Below are positions 1 to 9,072 of a stretch of DNA of 34,692 nucleotides, piece after piece (within the stretch, counting starts at the first letter, position 1; every line of letters begins with the position of its first letter). Source of the DNA: Raoultibacter sp. (GTDB lineage Bacteria > Actinomycetota > Coriobacteriia > Coriobacteriales > Eggerthellaceae); the NCBI GenBank assembly GCA_036638175.1, contig JAVWLC010000001.1:1-34692 (forward strand), given 5' to 3'. The position numbers were made by a program, and so were the translations under genes. The notes beneath the pieces were generated by a model. The model searched no databases. It was not told the origin of the DNA and saw only the letters and a program-made list of their open reading frames with translations.

Positions 1-1
1 T

Positions 2-7
2 TAATTT
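2..7 (+). promoter_or_regulatory. Candidate late promoter core TAATTT
   Basis: Same hexamer lies 29-48 nt before four other operon-leading start codons; context truncated at window edge. Confidence 0.4.
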
Positions 8-49
8 TAACCTGTCGATTCAACGACTCAATTCTACGAGGGTTTTACC

Positions 50-2107
50 ATGCCAAAGATTTCCCGTCTCGCGGGCATTCTGTGTGTCGGTCAAAACCAT
101 AATCAGGCAGTAGAGAACTTTCGTCGCACGGCCACTGGCCAGGGCACTATGTTTTACGCATCTCAGGATGGCGTAGCGTATGCTTCACAAAGCGGCACTG
201 ACCTCTACAATCCGAACGGCGGCACCGAGCTGCTGGAAGAGCATCCTGATTTGGTTGAGAAAGCCGAGTTCCAGTCCGAATCAAGTACTGGTGACGTGAA
301 AGCATACTACACCATCTGTCTGGATGGCTGCGGCAGTCACGTAATCAGTGACAGCGCGGCGAACATTCAAGGTTGCTGCCCGTCATGCTCTGCTGACCTG
401 TCCGAAATCACTGACGAACGCGTGTCCCAACACCTGTCCGAATCTGCTGCGGCAGACGAGCAAGTGGAACACGAAGGTCTGGTTGCTACTGGCGCTACTG
501 CCGAAGAAGCTCAACGCAACTTCGCTACTGCCCTGAGCAACGCAACGGCGTTCACCGCGCTGTCTGGTGTATGTAGCTTTAACGCTGCTAACACTGCTAA
601 CTTTGACCCGTACACCGGCGCCGAAGTTATTAGCAACGAACCTCAGGAAGCACCTGAATCTGTTGCTGCGCTGTCCAGCAATGCTGTTGACGGCGAAATC
701 GAAGCACACATGTTTAGCTGCTCCGCTAACTGCGAACAGCCTTTCACTGTCAGCTCCGATGAAGAACCAGTATTCTGCGCTCATTGCTCTGGTGTGCTGG
801 TCGATGCAGTTGACTCGGAAAGCGGCGACGACGATTCCGATATCGACATTATCGATGAAGACGATCTGGACCTCGATGAGGACGAAGACGATTCAGAAGA
901 TGATGAAGACTTCGACTCAGAATCTTCTGCCGATGAAGATGAGATCGACGACGAAGACGATCTGGACGACGAAGACCTCGAGGAAGATGACCTCGATGAC
1001 GAAGACGACCTGGACCTCGAAGACGACGACGAAGATATGGATGATGAAGATTTTGATTCTGAATCCTCCTCTGACGAAGACGACTTCGATGACGAAGATC
1101 TGGACGAAGACGATCTGGACCTGGATGACGAAGATTTGGAAGAAGACGACGAAGACTTCGATTCTGAATCCTCATCCGACGATGAAGACGACCTCGACGA
1201 CGAAGATGATCTGGAAGAAGATGATCTGGATATCGACGACGAAGACGAAGACTTCGATTCTGAATCCAACGTCATTAGCCACACCTTCGATAGCCTGTCT
1301 GCTGCGCAAGCTCAACACGGTACGCTGGATCCATCACTGGTCAGCCTGTCTCGTGCAACAGGCGGCAAGGTAGATTCTGTCTATCTGAACTACGACGGTA
1401 TGCCGATTGCTCGCGCTACCTTCGCATCTGTCTCCGGCGCTGTGAGTGAAGAAGTTGCCGCGAAAACGTTCGCAACTGATAATTTCATTCGTGCAGTAAG
1501 CGTGTCGTTGAACAGCAACGGTGTTGCAGAAACTTGCAGTTCGTTCGGCTTCATGCCGTTCACTATCGAAATGCCGGTAGACAAACTGCTTGTCGCTCAG
1601 TCCGATGCACGTATCAACGAAGCAACGGAAACCGTGACGTCTACTATTTCCGAAGCTGTAGAGGCGAATAAAGAGCGCATGATTGCTGCGCTGTCCGCAT
1701 CCCAGCTGGGCGTTACTAAAAACTACTGGGGCGATGTGCGCAACCCAATCGTTGAATCCCTGTGCAGCACTTTGACTTCCGCTGGTATCAAAGAGCCGCG
1801 CGCTATGATTGAACGCGCATTCATTGCTCACGGTAAGGACTTCCTGTCTGTATCGCTTGCGAAAGCGTTAGAGCTTATGTCCAAATCCGAAGTAGCTCAG
1901 AACGAAATTTCTGAATCCATCGACGCAGCCGCTGGCACCGTCACTAAAGGTGAGACTCAGAACGTAGTTCAACAGCAAGCCGTAGTTGCACCTAAGGTGA
2001 ACACGACTGCCACCGAGCTGCTGCACCAGGAACCAGAGGTTCAATCCCAGAGTTCAGCTTCCACTGACTCATCGTTCGAAGATAAACTGGGCCGCCTCCG
2101 CTTTTAA
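50..2107 (+). CDS. Prohead scaffold/core-like protein with two Cys Zn-ribbon motifs and a long Asp/Glu tract
   Basis: 685-aa ORF; GAGG RBS at 38-41; CxxxC...CxxC twice (CLDGC...CPSC, CSANC...CAHC); ~145-aa D/E tract; lies two genes upstream of the major capsid gene; codon usage typical of highly expressed genes. Confidence 0.65.
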   Translation: MPKISRLAGILCVGQNHNQAVENFRRTATGQGTMFYASQDGVAYASQSGTDLYNPNGGTELLEEHPDLVEKAEFQSESSTGDVKAYYTICLDGCGSHVISDSAANIQGCCPSCSADLSEITDERVSQHLSESAAADEQVEHEGLVATGATAEEAQRNFATALSNATAFTALSGVCSFNAANTANFDPYTGAEVISNEPQEAPESVAALSSNAVDGEIEAHMFSCSANCEQPFTVSSDEEPVFCAHCSGVLVDAVDSESGDDDSDIDIIDEDDLDLDEDEDDSEDDEDFDSESSADEDEIDDEDDLDDEDLEEDDLDDEDDLDLEDDDEDMDDEDFDSESSSDEDDFDDEDLDEDDLDLDDEDLEEDDEDFDSESSSDDEDDLDDEDDLEEDDLDIDDEDEDFDSESNVISHTFDSLSAAQAQHGTLDPSLVSLSRATGGKVDSVYLNYDGMPIARATFASVSGAVSEEVAAKTFATDNFIRAVSVSLNSNGVAETCSSFGFMPFTIEMPVDKLLVAQSDARINEATETVTSTISEAVEANKERMIAALSASQLGVTKNYWGDVRNPIVESLCSTLTSAGIKEPRAMIERAFIAHGKDFLSVSLAKALELMSKSEVAQNEISESIDAAAGTVTKGETQNVVQQQAVVAPKVNTTATELLHQEPEVQSQSSASTDSSFEDKLGRLRF
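826..1270 (+). repeat. Low-complexity Asp/Glu-coding imperfect tandem repeat punctuated by four FDSES units
   Basis: GAY/GAR-rich tract with TTYGAYTCNGAATC at ~911, 1052, 1157, 1253. Confidence 0.85.
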
Positions 2108-2160
2108 GTAAGCGGGGCAGTATCAGTTAAACTTTCATCTCTCATCTGGAGAAATTGATT

Positions 2161-2868
2161 ATGTTGTTTCAAAACGCTACCGATATCGTACAGACCCAGG
2201 AAGCTGATCTGCTGCCGGGCGAAGTGATTCATGAAGAAGGTGTTGCGCTGGTTTGGATTCGTGAAAACGGTAAATCCTTCCTGCGTCTGTCCACCGGTGT
2301 TGCTGGTGAAGTATTTGCTGGCTTTGCGCTGGCTCGTAACATGCCGCCAGCTACTATGGCTCGCGTGGAAGAGTTCGCTATCGACGCTACCAAAAAGTAC
2401 ACCGCAACTCGCGTACCTACTGCTGGCGCTCTGCTGGTTAAAATCGACGGCGTTAAAGCTGAACAGGAAGCTGCTGCTTCTGCATCTGCTGCCGGTAAAG
2501 TTGGTGTTCAGGGTGCTGACCTGTACTTCCACGCCGACGACATTGGTAAGAAAGTATTCATTCAGTACGCTTACGAGCTGACTGTTACCGAAGCGCGTTC
2601 TTACACTGCTGATGCTCCTATCGGTGGTCTGCCGTCAAACATCGAAGGTCGTTGTGGTTACATCAAGCTGGGTAACATCGCTACTTCCGTATTCGATGCT
2701 TCCGCTGACTGGTCTGCTGACAACGTACTGCATCCGAAGCTGGGCCCGAACGGTACCCTGACTCTGGGTGGCAACGGCACCGAGCTGAAAGGCTGCATCA
2801 TCAAGCAGGCACCGACCTCTGAACGCGGTTACCTGATCGTCGAAATGTCTTCCTCTTACGGCGCCTAA
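2161..2868 (+). CDS. Head decoration / minor capsid protein
   Basis: ATG 2161 with GGAGA RBS at 2148-2152 (preferred over TTG 2155); Ala/Gly-rich 235 aa directly before the MCP; strongly optimised codons. Confidence 0.6.
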   Translation: MLFQNATDIVQTQEADLLPGEVIHEEGVALVWIRENGKSFLRLSTGVAGEVFAGFALARNMPPATMARVEEFAIDATKKYTATRVPTAGALLVKIDGVKAEQEAAASASAAGKVGVQGADLYFHADDIGKKVFIQYAYELTVTEARSYTADAPIGGLPSNIEGRCGYIKLGNIATSVFDASADWSADNVLHPKLGPNGTLTLGGNGTELKGCIIKQAPTSERGYLIVEMSSSYGA

Positions 2869-2926
2869 TCGTCGCGCACCGTAACTGTTTGAACTAAACC
2901 ACGAGATTATTCTCAGGAGCAAAGCA

Positions 2927-4027
2927 ATGACTAATTCCTTAATGCGCGGCGCTAAAGTTACCCTGCGTAATGGCGACCCGATTGAACAACTGCGTTTCGG
3001 TGGTAAAGGTGATTTGGCACTGAGCCAATCCACTGGTGAGATTAACGCATACAGCCAGAAAGACCTGCTGGGTCAAATCAGCAAGCTGCTGGGCGCGTTC
3101 AACAACGGCGAAGTGATGCACTCACAATCTTCTGCCGCTCACGGTCTGACCGATGAAGAAAAAATCGAACTGGTAGCAGAAGCTGCTGCTGATCCGACTG
3201 GCGCTAAGTGGGCTTCTCTGGGTGCATCTATCGTTGCATCTATCGAAGACCGTGCTGAACGTGCTGGCCTGCTGCGTAAAGTTTGTAAAGGCGCTACCGT
3301 TCGTCAGGGCGACGTTCCGCGTATCGAACTGAAAATCCACCAGGCAGAAGCAATCATCGCAACCGGTCCTACCGACTTCGGTTACCGTCAGTTCCGCGGC
3401 CGTGTGTTCACGCCTGCTGAATTTGAACTGAAATCCAACATCCGCGTTAGCAAAATGGATCTGGACCAGATCAACGGCGACCTGCTGGACCGCGCACAGC
3501 AAGACGGCCTGTCTTCTATCATGGTTCAAGAAGACCGTCTGTGGAAACGTGCTTGTGACTCTGCTGTTGGTATCGCTAACCCGGTAACCTACGTGCATGG
3601 TGACCTGACTCCGCGTCTGCTGTCCACTCTGAAAAATTCTGTATCTTCCTGGCCGCTGCCGGTTTCTACCGCTGTGATGGCTTACGACTACTGGAACGAT
3701 ATCGTTGGTAACGATCAGTTCTCCAGCGCTCTGGACCCGGTAAGCAAGTATGACTTGCTGATTACTGGTCGTCTGGGTACCCTGCTGGGTATGGAACTGG
3801 TTACTGACGGCTTCCGCGCTCCGGAACACCGTGTGCTGCACGACGGCGAACTGTACGTTCTGGCTGATCAGGACTACCACGCTGTCTATACGACTCGTGG
3901 TGGTACTCAGTCTACTCCGACCTCCGGCGCAAACCAAGGCAACACCGACCGCGGTTGGTTGCTGTCTAGCACCTTCTCCTTCACTCTGGCGAACGTGCGC
4001 TCGGTCGCAAAAGCGGTCCGTGGATAA
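2927..4027 (+). CDS. Major capsid protein (HK97-like fold inferred)
   Basis: 366 aa; AGGAG RBS; MCP-like segments (SSIMVQEDRLW, GRLGTLLGMELVTD); very strong codon bias; position in head module. Confidence 0.85.
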   Translation: MTNSLMRGAKVTLRNGDPIEQLRFGGKGDLALSQSTGEINAYSQKDLLGQISKLLGAFNNGEVMHSQSSAAHGLTDEEKIELVAEAAADPTGAKWASLGASIVASIEDRAERAGLLRKVCKGATVRQGDVPRIELKIHQAEAIIATGPTDFGYRQFRGRVFTPAEFELKSNIRVSKMDLDQINGDLLDRAQQDGLSSIMVQEDRLWKRACDSAVGIANPVTYVHGDLTPRLLSTLKNSVSSWPLPVSTAVMAYDYWNDIVGNDQFSSALDPVSKYDLLITGRLGTLLGMELVTDGFRAPEHRVLHDGELYVLADQDYHAVYTTRGGTQSTPTSGANQGNTDRGWLLSSTFSFTLANVRSVAKAVRG

Positions 4028-4041
4028 AATTGTCATGCACT

Positions 4042-4066
4042 GAGGGTAGCGTAGTGTTACCCTCTT
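4042..4066 (+). terminator. Stem-loop after MCP (weak terminator or mRNA-stabilising hairpin)
   Basis: GAGGGTAGC-gtagt-GTTACCCTC followed by only TT. Confidence 0.45.
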
Positions 4067-4081
4067 AACTGAGGACCAACC

Positions 4082-4462
4082 ATGAAGACTTTATCTGGTT
4101 CCTTAGCTGCACTGGCAATTGTCGCTGCGCGTGATGGACAGTGGACTGACGTAGCTCGCTTGATTGCTCAAGCTGCTTGCGCTCCGGACACGGAAGAGTT
4201 CCTAGAATGCCAGTTACAGGATAACTTCGAAGCTAACTGCTTAGTTAATTCTGTTAGTGGCGTTGAGAACATCTCTGAATCCGTCAGTGCGTTATCTGCT
4301 GCCTTAGCGCTTAATGCCGAGGAAGAAAAAGTTGCTGCGTTGTATGACGGCGATGAGGTAATTAGCCTGAACTCTACTGAGGAAGATGATTCCGAAGAAG
4401 AACAGGAAGATGCCTTCATTGAGTCAAGCTCTAGCTGTCTGCTGCGCTTACGACTTGATTAA
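4082..4462 (+). CDS. Small acidic head-associated protein (hypothetical)
   Basis: 126 aa, GAGGA RBS, acidic C-terminal part, several SxS motifs. Confidence 0.75.
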   Translation: MKTLSGSLAALAIVAARDGQWTDVARLIAQAACAPDTEEFLECQLQDNFEANCLVNSVSGVENISESVSALSAALALNAEEEKVAALYDGDEVISLNSTEEDDSEEEQEDAFIESSSSCLLRLRLD

Positions 4463-4485
4463 CACCCGATTACGGGTAACCAAAA

Positions 4486-4508
4486 GGGTGGCTTCGGCTG
4501 CCCTTTTT
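4486..4508 (+). terminator. Rho-independent terminator
   Basis: GGGTGGC-TTCG-GCTGCCC then TTTTT; UUCG tetraloop. Confidence 0.85.
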
Positions 4509-4528
4509 CGTATCTGGAGCACCGAAAA

Positions 4529-5209
4529 ATGAGTGCAAACCTATCAGGTATGCTGCGCAACAGCACTGCGTTACGCGCAACTATCTTTGGCTTTCAACGC
4601 CAGTTCAGACAGGGCTTTGGATTAAAGCGTTTTGTGTGGTCAGTGCATAATAACCCCAAGCAGGGTATTCGTGCTACTAACAACCAAAGCACTGACTATC
4701 CATACGGCTGGTTCAAGATACCTACAATGGCATTCGACCGTGAGCTACTGTCTAATCCAAAGAGCGTATCACGCTTCGGGTCAGGGTGGTCTATTGGTCA
4801 GCAAGATGGTACCAACGCCATTGTCGTTACTAACTACTACTTCCCTGTGACGCTGCAAGGGTCGTTGTATGTTAAGTTCATGAATATCGATCAGGCGTTG
4901 CTGTTTGTTCAACAACTCTTGATTGCATCCATCTCCGAGCTGCTTAGTTTCAAGATTCAAATGCCTACGTCTGAATGGACTGTTCGTGTTCTGGTTGATG
5001 GCGACAGTGTGCCTCTGCCTAACATTGAAGACCTTGATGATGGCAGCACACCAGGTAGCTTTGAACTTGAAATCCCTGTGACCATTAAGACCAAGATTGG
5101 CTTTAACTTGGAGCAGGCTAAGATTAACAACTACGGTGAAATCACCGAAGACGTCCAGATTGATATGGATGATATTGTTGATCGTTCTACACTGAAAGGA
5201 GCTAAGTAA
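4529..5209 (+). CDS. Putative neck / tail-completion protein
   Basis: 226 aa between head genes and sheath; GGAG RBS; function from position only. Confidence 0.5.
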   Translation: MSANLSGMLRNSTALRATIFGFQRQFRQGFGLKRFVWSVHNNPKQGIRATNNQSTDYPYGWFKIPTMAFDRELLSNPKSVSRFGSGWSIGQQDGTNAIVVTNYYFPVTLQGSLYVKFMNIDQALLFVQQLLIASISELLSFKIQMPTSEWTVRVLVDGDSVPLPNIEDLDDGSTPGSFELEIPVTIKTKIGFNLEQAKINNYGEITEDVQIDMDDIVDRSTLKGAK

Positions 5210-5556
5210 TGTACACACGCGAGAAGTATCGTAAACTCGACCGTACTCTGGTCATTGATAGCCGTGTGCGCTCTGTCGGTTCTAACCAGAATGCTATTCT
5301 TAAACGTCAATCACACTCGGTTGGCGTACCTGTGGATGATGCGTCGTTCCAACAGATTAGTGTTATTGTTGGTCCTAAAGGATATGCTTTGCCTGAGATT
5401 AAAGGTCTGCTGTACATCGATACTGCTGAGCCTATTATCTTGCAGTATGCTGGTGGCCAGATGATTATCGAAGGCCAGTTCACACTCACGGGCAAGATGG
5501 CACAATCCGTTCTGGTAAGTGACGTTGATCAGCGTGTTAATGTGGTTTGTTACTGA
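5209..5556 (+). CDS. Hypothetical structural protein
   Basis: 115 aa; TAATG overlap with upstream gene; AAGGAG RBS. Confidence 0.7.
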   Translation: MYTREKYRKLDRTLVIDSRVRSVGSNQNAILKRQSHSVGVPVDDASFQQISVIVGPKGYALPEIKGLLYIDTAEPIILQYAGGQMIIEGQFTLTGKMAQSVLVSDVDQRVNVVCY

Positions 5557-5561
5557 TTGAC

Positions 5562-5569
5562 GCTAATTT
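5562..5569 (+). promoter_or_regulatory. Candidate late promoter GCTAATTT
   Basis: Identical octamer at 18514 and 23869; precedes tail sheath gene. Confidence 0.55.
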
Positions 5570-5611
5570 GATATAGTCGTTTCACGATGCCCATTCTCAT
5601 GGAGATTCACG

Positions 5612-7297
5612 ATGCAACAACCTAATCACCCCTCTCCGGGGGTATACTCGCAGGAGAACGACCGCTCGAATCAGGCGTCACTTGTCCAGTATGGCATGTG
5701 TACTCTGGTGCTGCCGTTCCCGCGTGGTCCTGTTGGTGTGAATACAACTGTTACCTCTAAAGATGAGATTGATGCGGTTTTTGGTCCAGCAACGGGACGT
5801 TACGCTAACAGTGTTCAGATCGCTAAGATTCTGATTACCAAAGCAACCCGCCTGAACATTACCCGTGTCGCGCTCTCTGTTAAGTACGCAGGTGTGTATC
5901 TCACAACGTATAATAACTTTGCCACCTGCCGCCCTCTCGGTGACGCTGGCTTGGTAGACCCTGAGCAGATTGCTTTCACTGATCGTGATATCTGCCTGAT
6001 CTACGCCCTGTCACAGTACGCCGACGCGAACAACATGTATATCACGTTCGAGCCTGACGTAACTGATGCTCTCGGTATCAAGTCCATCATCAAGGTGTAT
6101 CGCGTTGGCTACCTGACTCCGCTTGAAACCCACGTAGTGACTACTCGTTACTACAAAGACGAAAGCGGTAACCAGTTCTTCATTGAAGACGTTATCAACG
6201 TTAACTCGAAGTACATTCGTGTTAAGCTGAACGAGAACCACTATAAGCTGCTGGAAGACCCTAACTTCGTGGTCATCAACTCCATCGGTGGTGGTCCTGC
6301 TGACCCAACCAATCCACAGTCTGTTAACGGCCAGTTCACTGGTGGTAGCGATGGTGATTTGATTGATATCGATCACTCTGACCCAATCATCGCAAACAGA
6401 AGTCTGAGCGCTGTATTAACTGCGTGGGACAACTACCGAGACTGGGAAGACATTCAGGCTGGCATTCTGTGTTCTGGTGGCCTGGAACATCCTGTCATTG
6501 CGAACAAGATTGATTCGTTAGCTGAATCACGTATGGACTGTATTGCGACTCACGGTATTCCTGTTCCGTTGCAGGCGCGTGATGCTGCTGTGGCTTATCG
6601 CCGTGGCAATAAAGAATACCAGAACGCTGAGTTCTCTCTGACTGGCTCTTGGTCTTCTCTGTCCAACTCTGATGTTAAATCCCGCGACAACGACAACGCC
6701 CGTGACTTCTATGTGCCTGCGTCTGTGTGTCAAGCATACTGTATGCTGACTGCCGACCAAGTTGCATCGTGGTTGGCGCCTGGTGGTATGCAGCGCGGTA
6801 AACTGGACTTCGCTATCGATGTGCGTCATCGCTTTAAACAAGGCGACCGTGACATTCTGGTAGAGAACCAGATTAACCCGATTGCTATCTTCGAAGGCGA
6901 AGGTATTTTCATGTGGGGTGCTGATACCACTTACACTACGAAAAGCCCGCTGCAGGATATCGGTGTTCGTCGTCTGCTGGCTATGCTTCATGCTTCTGCT
7001 CGCGCCAACAACCTGAGTGCCGTGTTCGAACCGAACGATGACATTCTGAAAGAGCGCCAGAAGTCTGCTATGGAAGCAATCCTCGAACCGATTAAGACCG
7101 GCCGTGGTTTGCGTTGGTATGCAGTCCAGTGTGACTACAAGAACAACACCGCAGAAGACGAAGCGCGTGGCGATCTGATCATTGACGTGTTTCTTGACCC
7201 GACTCGCTACACTAAACGCATTCACGTAACGGCTATCGTACCGCCTGTCGGTGATATCCAGTACGCACTGCAACTCATCAACTCTGGTGCTATCTAA
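5612..7297 (+). CDS. Tail sheath protein
   Basis: 561 aa; sheath motifs SPGVYSQEND, RGPVG, WLAPGG..RG, QINPI, WG..T, IGVRRL, FEPND. Confidence 0.95.
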   Translation: MQQPNHPSPGVYSQENDRSNQASLVQYGMCTLVLPFPRGPVGVNTTVTSKDEIDAVFGPATGRYANSVQIAKILITKATRLNITRVALSVKYAGVYLTTYNNFATCRPLGDAGLVDPEQIAFTDRDICLIYALSQYADANNMYITFEPDVTDALGIKSIIKVYRVGYLTPLETHVVTTRYYKDESGNQFFIEDVINVNSKYIRVKLNENHYKLLEDPNFVVINSIGGGPADPTNPQSVNGQFTGGSDGDLIDIDHSDPIIANRSLSAVLTAWDNYRDWEDIQAGILCSGGLEHPVIANKIDSLAESRMDCIATHGIPVPLQARDAAVAYRRGNKEYQNAEFSLTGSWSSLSNSDVKSRDNDNARDFYVPASVCQAYCMLTADQVASWLAPGGMQRGKLDFAIDVRHRFKQGDRDILVENQINPIAIFEGEGIFMWGADTTYTTKSPLQDIGVRRLLAMLHASARANNLSAVFEPNDDILKERQKSAMEAILEPIKTGRGLRWYAVQCDYKNNTAEDEARGDLIIDVFLDPTRYTKRIHVTAIVPPVGDIQYALQLINSGAI

Positions 7298-7308
7298 GGA
7301 GCTTTTAG

Positions 7309-7818
7309 ATGCCAAAGGTAACTCTTGACGAATTTTCGTCTACCAAAGATCCGTTACTCGATGACAACTTCGAGTTCCTGATTCCTAACCCGCCTGTCGG
7401 TGGTACTGAATATGCGCGTACTCTGCGTATCTTCTGTAAGACTGGTGTGAAGCCAGGTTCGACTGTGGAAGAAGTGCTGAAAGAAGCATTCGGCCACCAG
7501 CTCAACTACGCGGGTCGTAAGATCTTCTCTCACGCTCTCTCGACTGAGTATAACGAAAACGCCGAGATGGCCGTGTACAAAGATCTGGAAGCGTGGCACA
7601 ACCTGATTCGTGCAACCCAGACGCAGACCGGTGCTGTTAAAGCTGAGTACGCCGTTAAAGCTATCTTCCGTATCTTCAATATGGATGGTAGCGTTGTGAA
7701 AGAATACAACATCTACGGTGTGTGGCCGAAACAGGTACCAGACCTGCAATTCTCTGGTGCTGCCCAGGCTGTTCCGGTATCAATCGAATGGTCCTTCGAC
7801 TACGCCGAAGAAGCATAA
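7309..7818 (+). CDS. Tail tube protein (T4 gp19-like)
   Basis: 169 aa directly after sheath; AAGGAG RBS; YNIYGVWP and terminal WSFDY tube motifs. Confidence 0.9.
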   Translation: MPKVTLDEFSSTKDPLLDDNFEFLIPNPPVGGTEYARTLRIFCKTGVKPGSTVEEVLKEAFGHQLNYAGRKIFSHALSTEYNENAEMAVYKDLEAWHNLIRATQTQTGAVKAEYAVKAIFRIFNMDGSVVKEYNIYGVWPKQVPDLQFSGAAQAVPVSIEWSFDYAEEA

Positions 7819-7826
7819 GAACTCAA

Positions 7827-7851
7827 GGGCCAAGATGTTTTGGCCCTTTTT
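7827..7851 (+). terminator. Rho-independent terminator
   Basis: GGGCCAA...TTGGCCC stem followed by TTTTT. Confidence 0.85.
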
Positions 7852-7867
7852 CGTTTCTGGAGAGACT

Positions 7868-8545
7868 ATGCTTATTTTCCTAAGCGAAAGCGCTCGCAAG
7901 CAACCGCCACAAGTCTCTATTCAGGATTGTGATTGGTATCGCTTCGAGGGTAAACGAAGTGTCAGTATCGAGAACAAAGAGTTTGAGGCTGACATTGATA
8001 ATAAAGACGTATACGGCATTAAGGTAGAGAAGCGCAATAAGTTTTATGTGCTTCACCGTGATGACCCGTCTGTAGTGTTTGAGATTGATGCGGTAACAGC
8101 ACGTTCGTTGCTTGGTCGCAGTCGTCCATTCACTGGCACTGTCTCTGGTATTCGTGTTAAGAAAGCCAGCGATAAGAATACGCCTGCACGTGAGAAACTC
8201 CCTGCTGCACCGAAAGAGCCGCAGCCAAAGAAACCATTTAAAGCTGTTCCTGGCTCTAAAGCCGAGAACACTAAGCTGACGCAAGAACTACGCAAGACCA
8301 AGTTTAAGAACGCCGGTCGTATACAGTTCCTTGCACGTATCCCGATGCCGACTGGTGAGATGTATAACTACTATGACGCTACGGAAACGTTTGAGCACTA
8401 CAAAGCTAATCAGCGTGATAAGTGGGAGACCGACCTGGAGAAAGCAGTAGTCAAACAAATTGAGAACTGGGGCTATCTCGTTGGCGCTACGTTCCTCAAG
8501 ATGGATGATGCTGTGCGTCCTGTGCTTGTTATCGTAGAGGACTAA
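7868..8545 (+). CDS. Basic protein, probable internal head protein; shares a domain with 21048..22805
   Basis: Start reassigned to ATG 7868 (GGAGAG RBS, downstream of terminator); 225 aa beginning MLIFLSESA. Confidence 0.7.
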   Translation: MLIFLSESARKQPPQVSIQDCDWYRFEGKRSVSIENKEFEADIDNKDVYGIKVEKRNKFYVLHRDDPSVVFEIDAVTARSLLGRSRPFTGTVSGIRVKKASDKNTPAREKLPAAPKEPQPKKPFKAVPGSKAENTKLTQELRKTKFKNAGRIQFLARIPMPTGEMYNYYDATETFEHYKANQRDKWETDLEKAVVKQIENWGYLVGATFLKMDDAVRPVLVIVED

Positions 8546-8549
8546 TTCT

Positions 8550-9062
8550 ATGCCGCTGCCTACACTTGATGATCTGCAAGATTCTTCTGCACCTGGCCTT
8601 GATGATCCATTCATGCAAGACAAATGGCGTGTGCGCTCATTCCCCATCATCGGTGGGATTGCGTTGAGTGCATTCGCATGTGAAGAAGTCGACCTGCCAT
8701 TCTCTGTCTATCAACAAAAAACAAAAGAGGTTGCGACCGTTGCTATTAATACGCCGCAGTCTTCTAGTGTTGATGGCTTTGCGTTCATATTCGGCATGGA
8801 CCAAAAGCTGGCGGCGTTGAAGTATTTCACTGCATGGCAAAGCCTTGTTCAGAATCCATATACAGGTGGCTTCCGTCTGCCGTCTGCATATAAGAAAAAC
8901 ATTATCGTTGAGCTATACGACAACCAAGGCCAGATGATTGCTACGCAAGAACTGCGTAACTGCTGGCCTCTTGGGGGTCAGAACTTACAACTTAATGGCA
9001 CAGGTGGTCGTGCTGTTTGGTCTGTTCAAATGGCTCTCGATGTTTCACGTACACAATTCTGA
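8550..9062 (+). CDS. Tail-tube-like paralog (tube initiator, gp54/gp48-like)
   Basis: 170 aa; CEEVDLPF, YFTAWQ, YKKNIIVELYD, ELRNCWP resemble tube-fold motifs of 7309..7818. Confidence 0.7.
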   Translation: MPLPTLDDLQDSSAPGLDDPFMQDKWRVRSFPIIGGIALSAFACEEVDLPFSVYQQKTKEVATVAINTPQSSSVDGFAFIFGMDQKLAALKYFTAWQSLVQNPYTGGFRLPSAYKKNIIVELYDNQGQMIATQELRNCWPLGGQNLQLNGTGGRAVWSVQMALDVSRTQF

Positions 9063-9072
9063 GAATAAAACT

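Noticed and set aside
781-1284. Minus-strand poly-Ser/Arg ORF (and the +-strand 567..1373 Thr/Lys/Met ORF)
   Set aside because: Shadow frames of the GAY/GAR acidic repeat; no RBS or independent support.
3122-4036. 304-aa antisense ORF over the MCP and similar antisense ORFs over sheath, tape measure and baseplate genes
   Set aside because: Expected from strong RNY codon bias of the sense genes; no recognisable motifs.
7718-7867. N-terminal extension of the 275-aa ORF
   Set aside because: Overlaps the tube gene and crosses a terminator; ATG 7868 has the RBS.
8938-9072. N-terminal extension of the 272-aa ORF
   Set aside because: Overlaps the upstream gene; ATG 9073 precedes the conserved LPSRG start motif.
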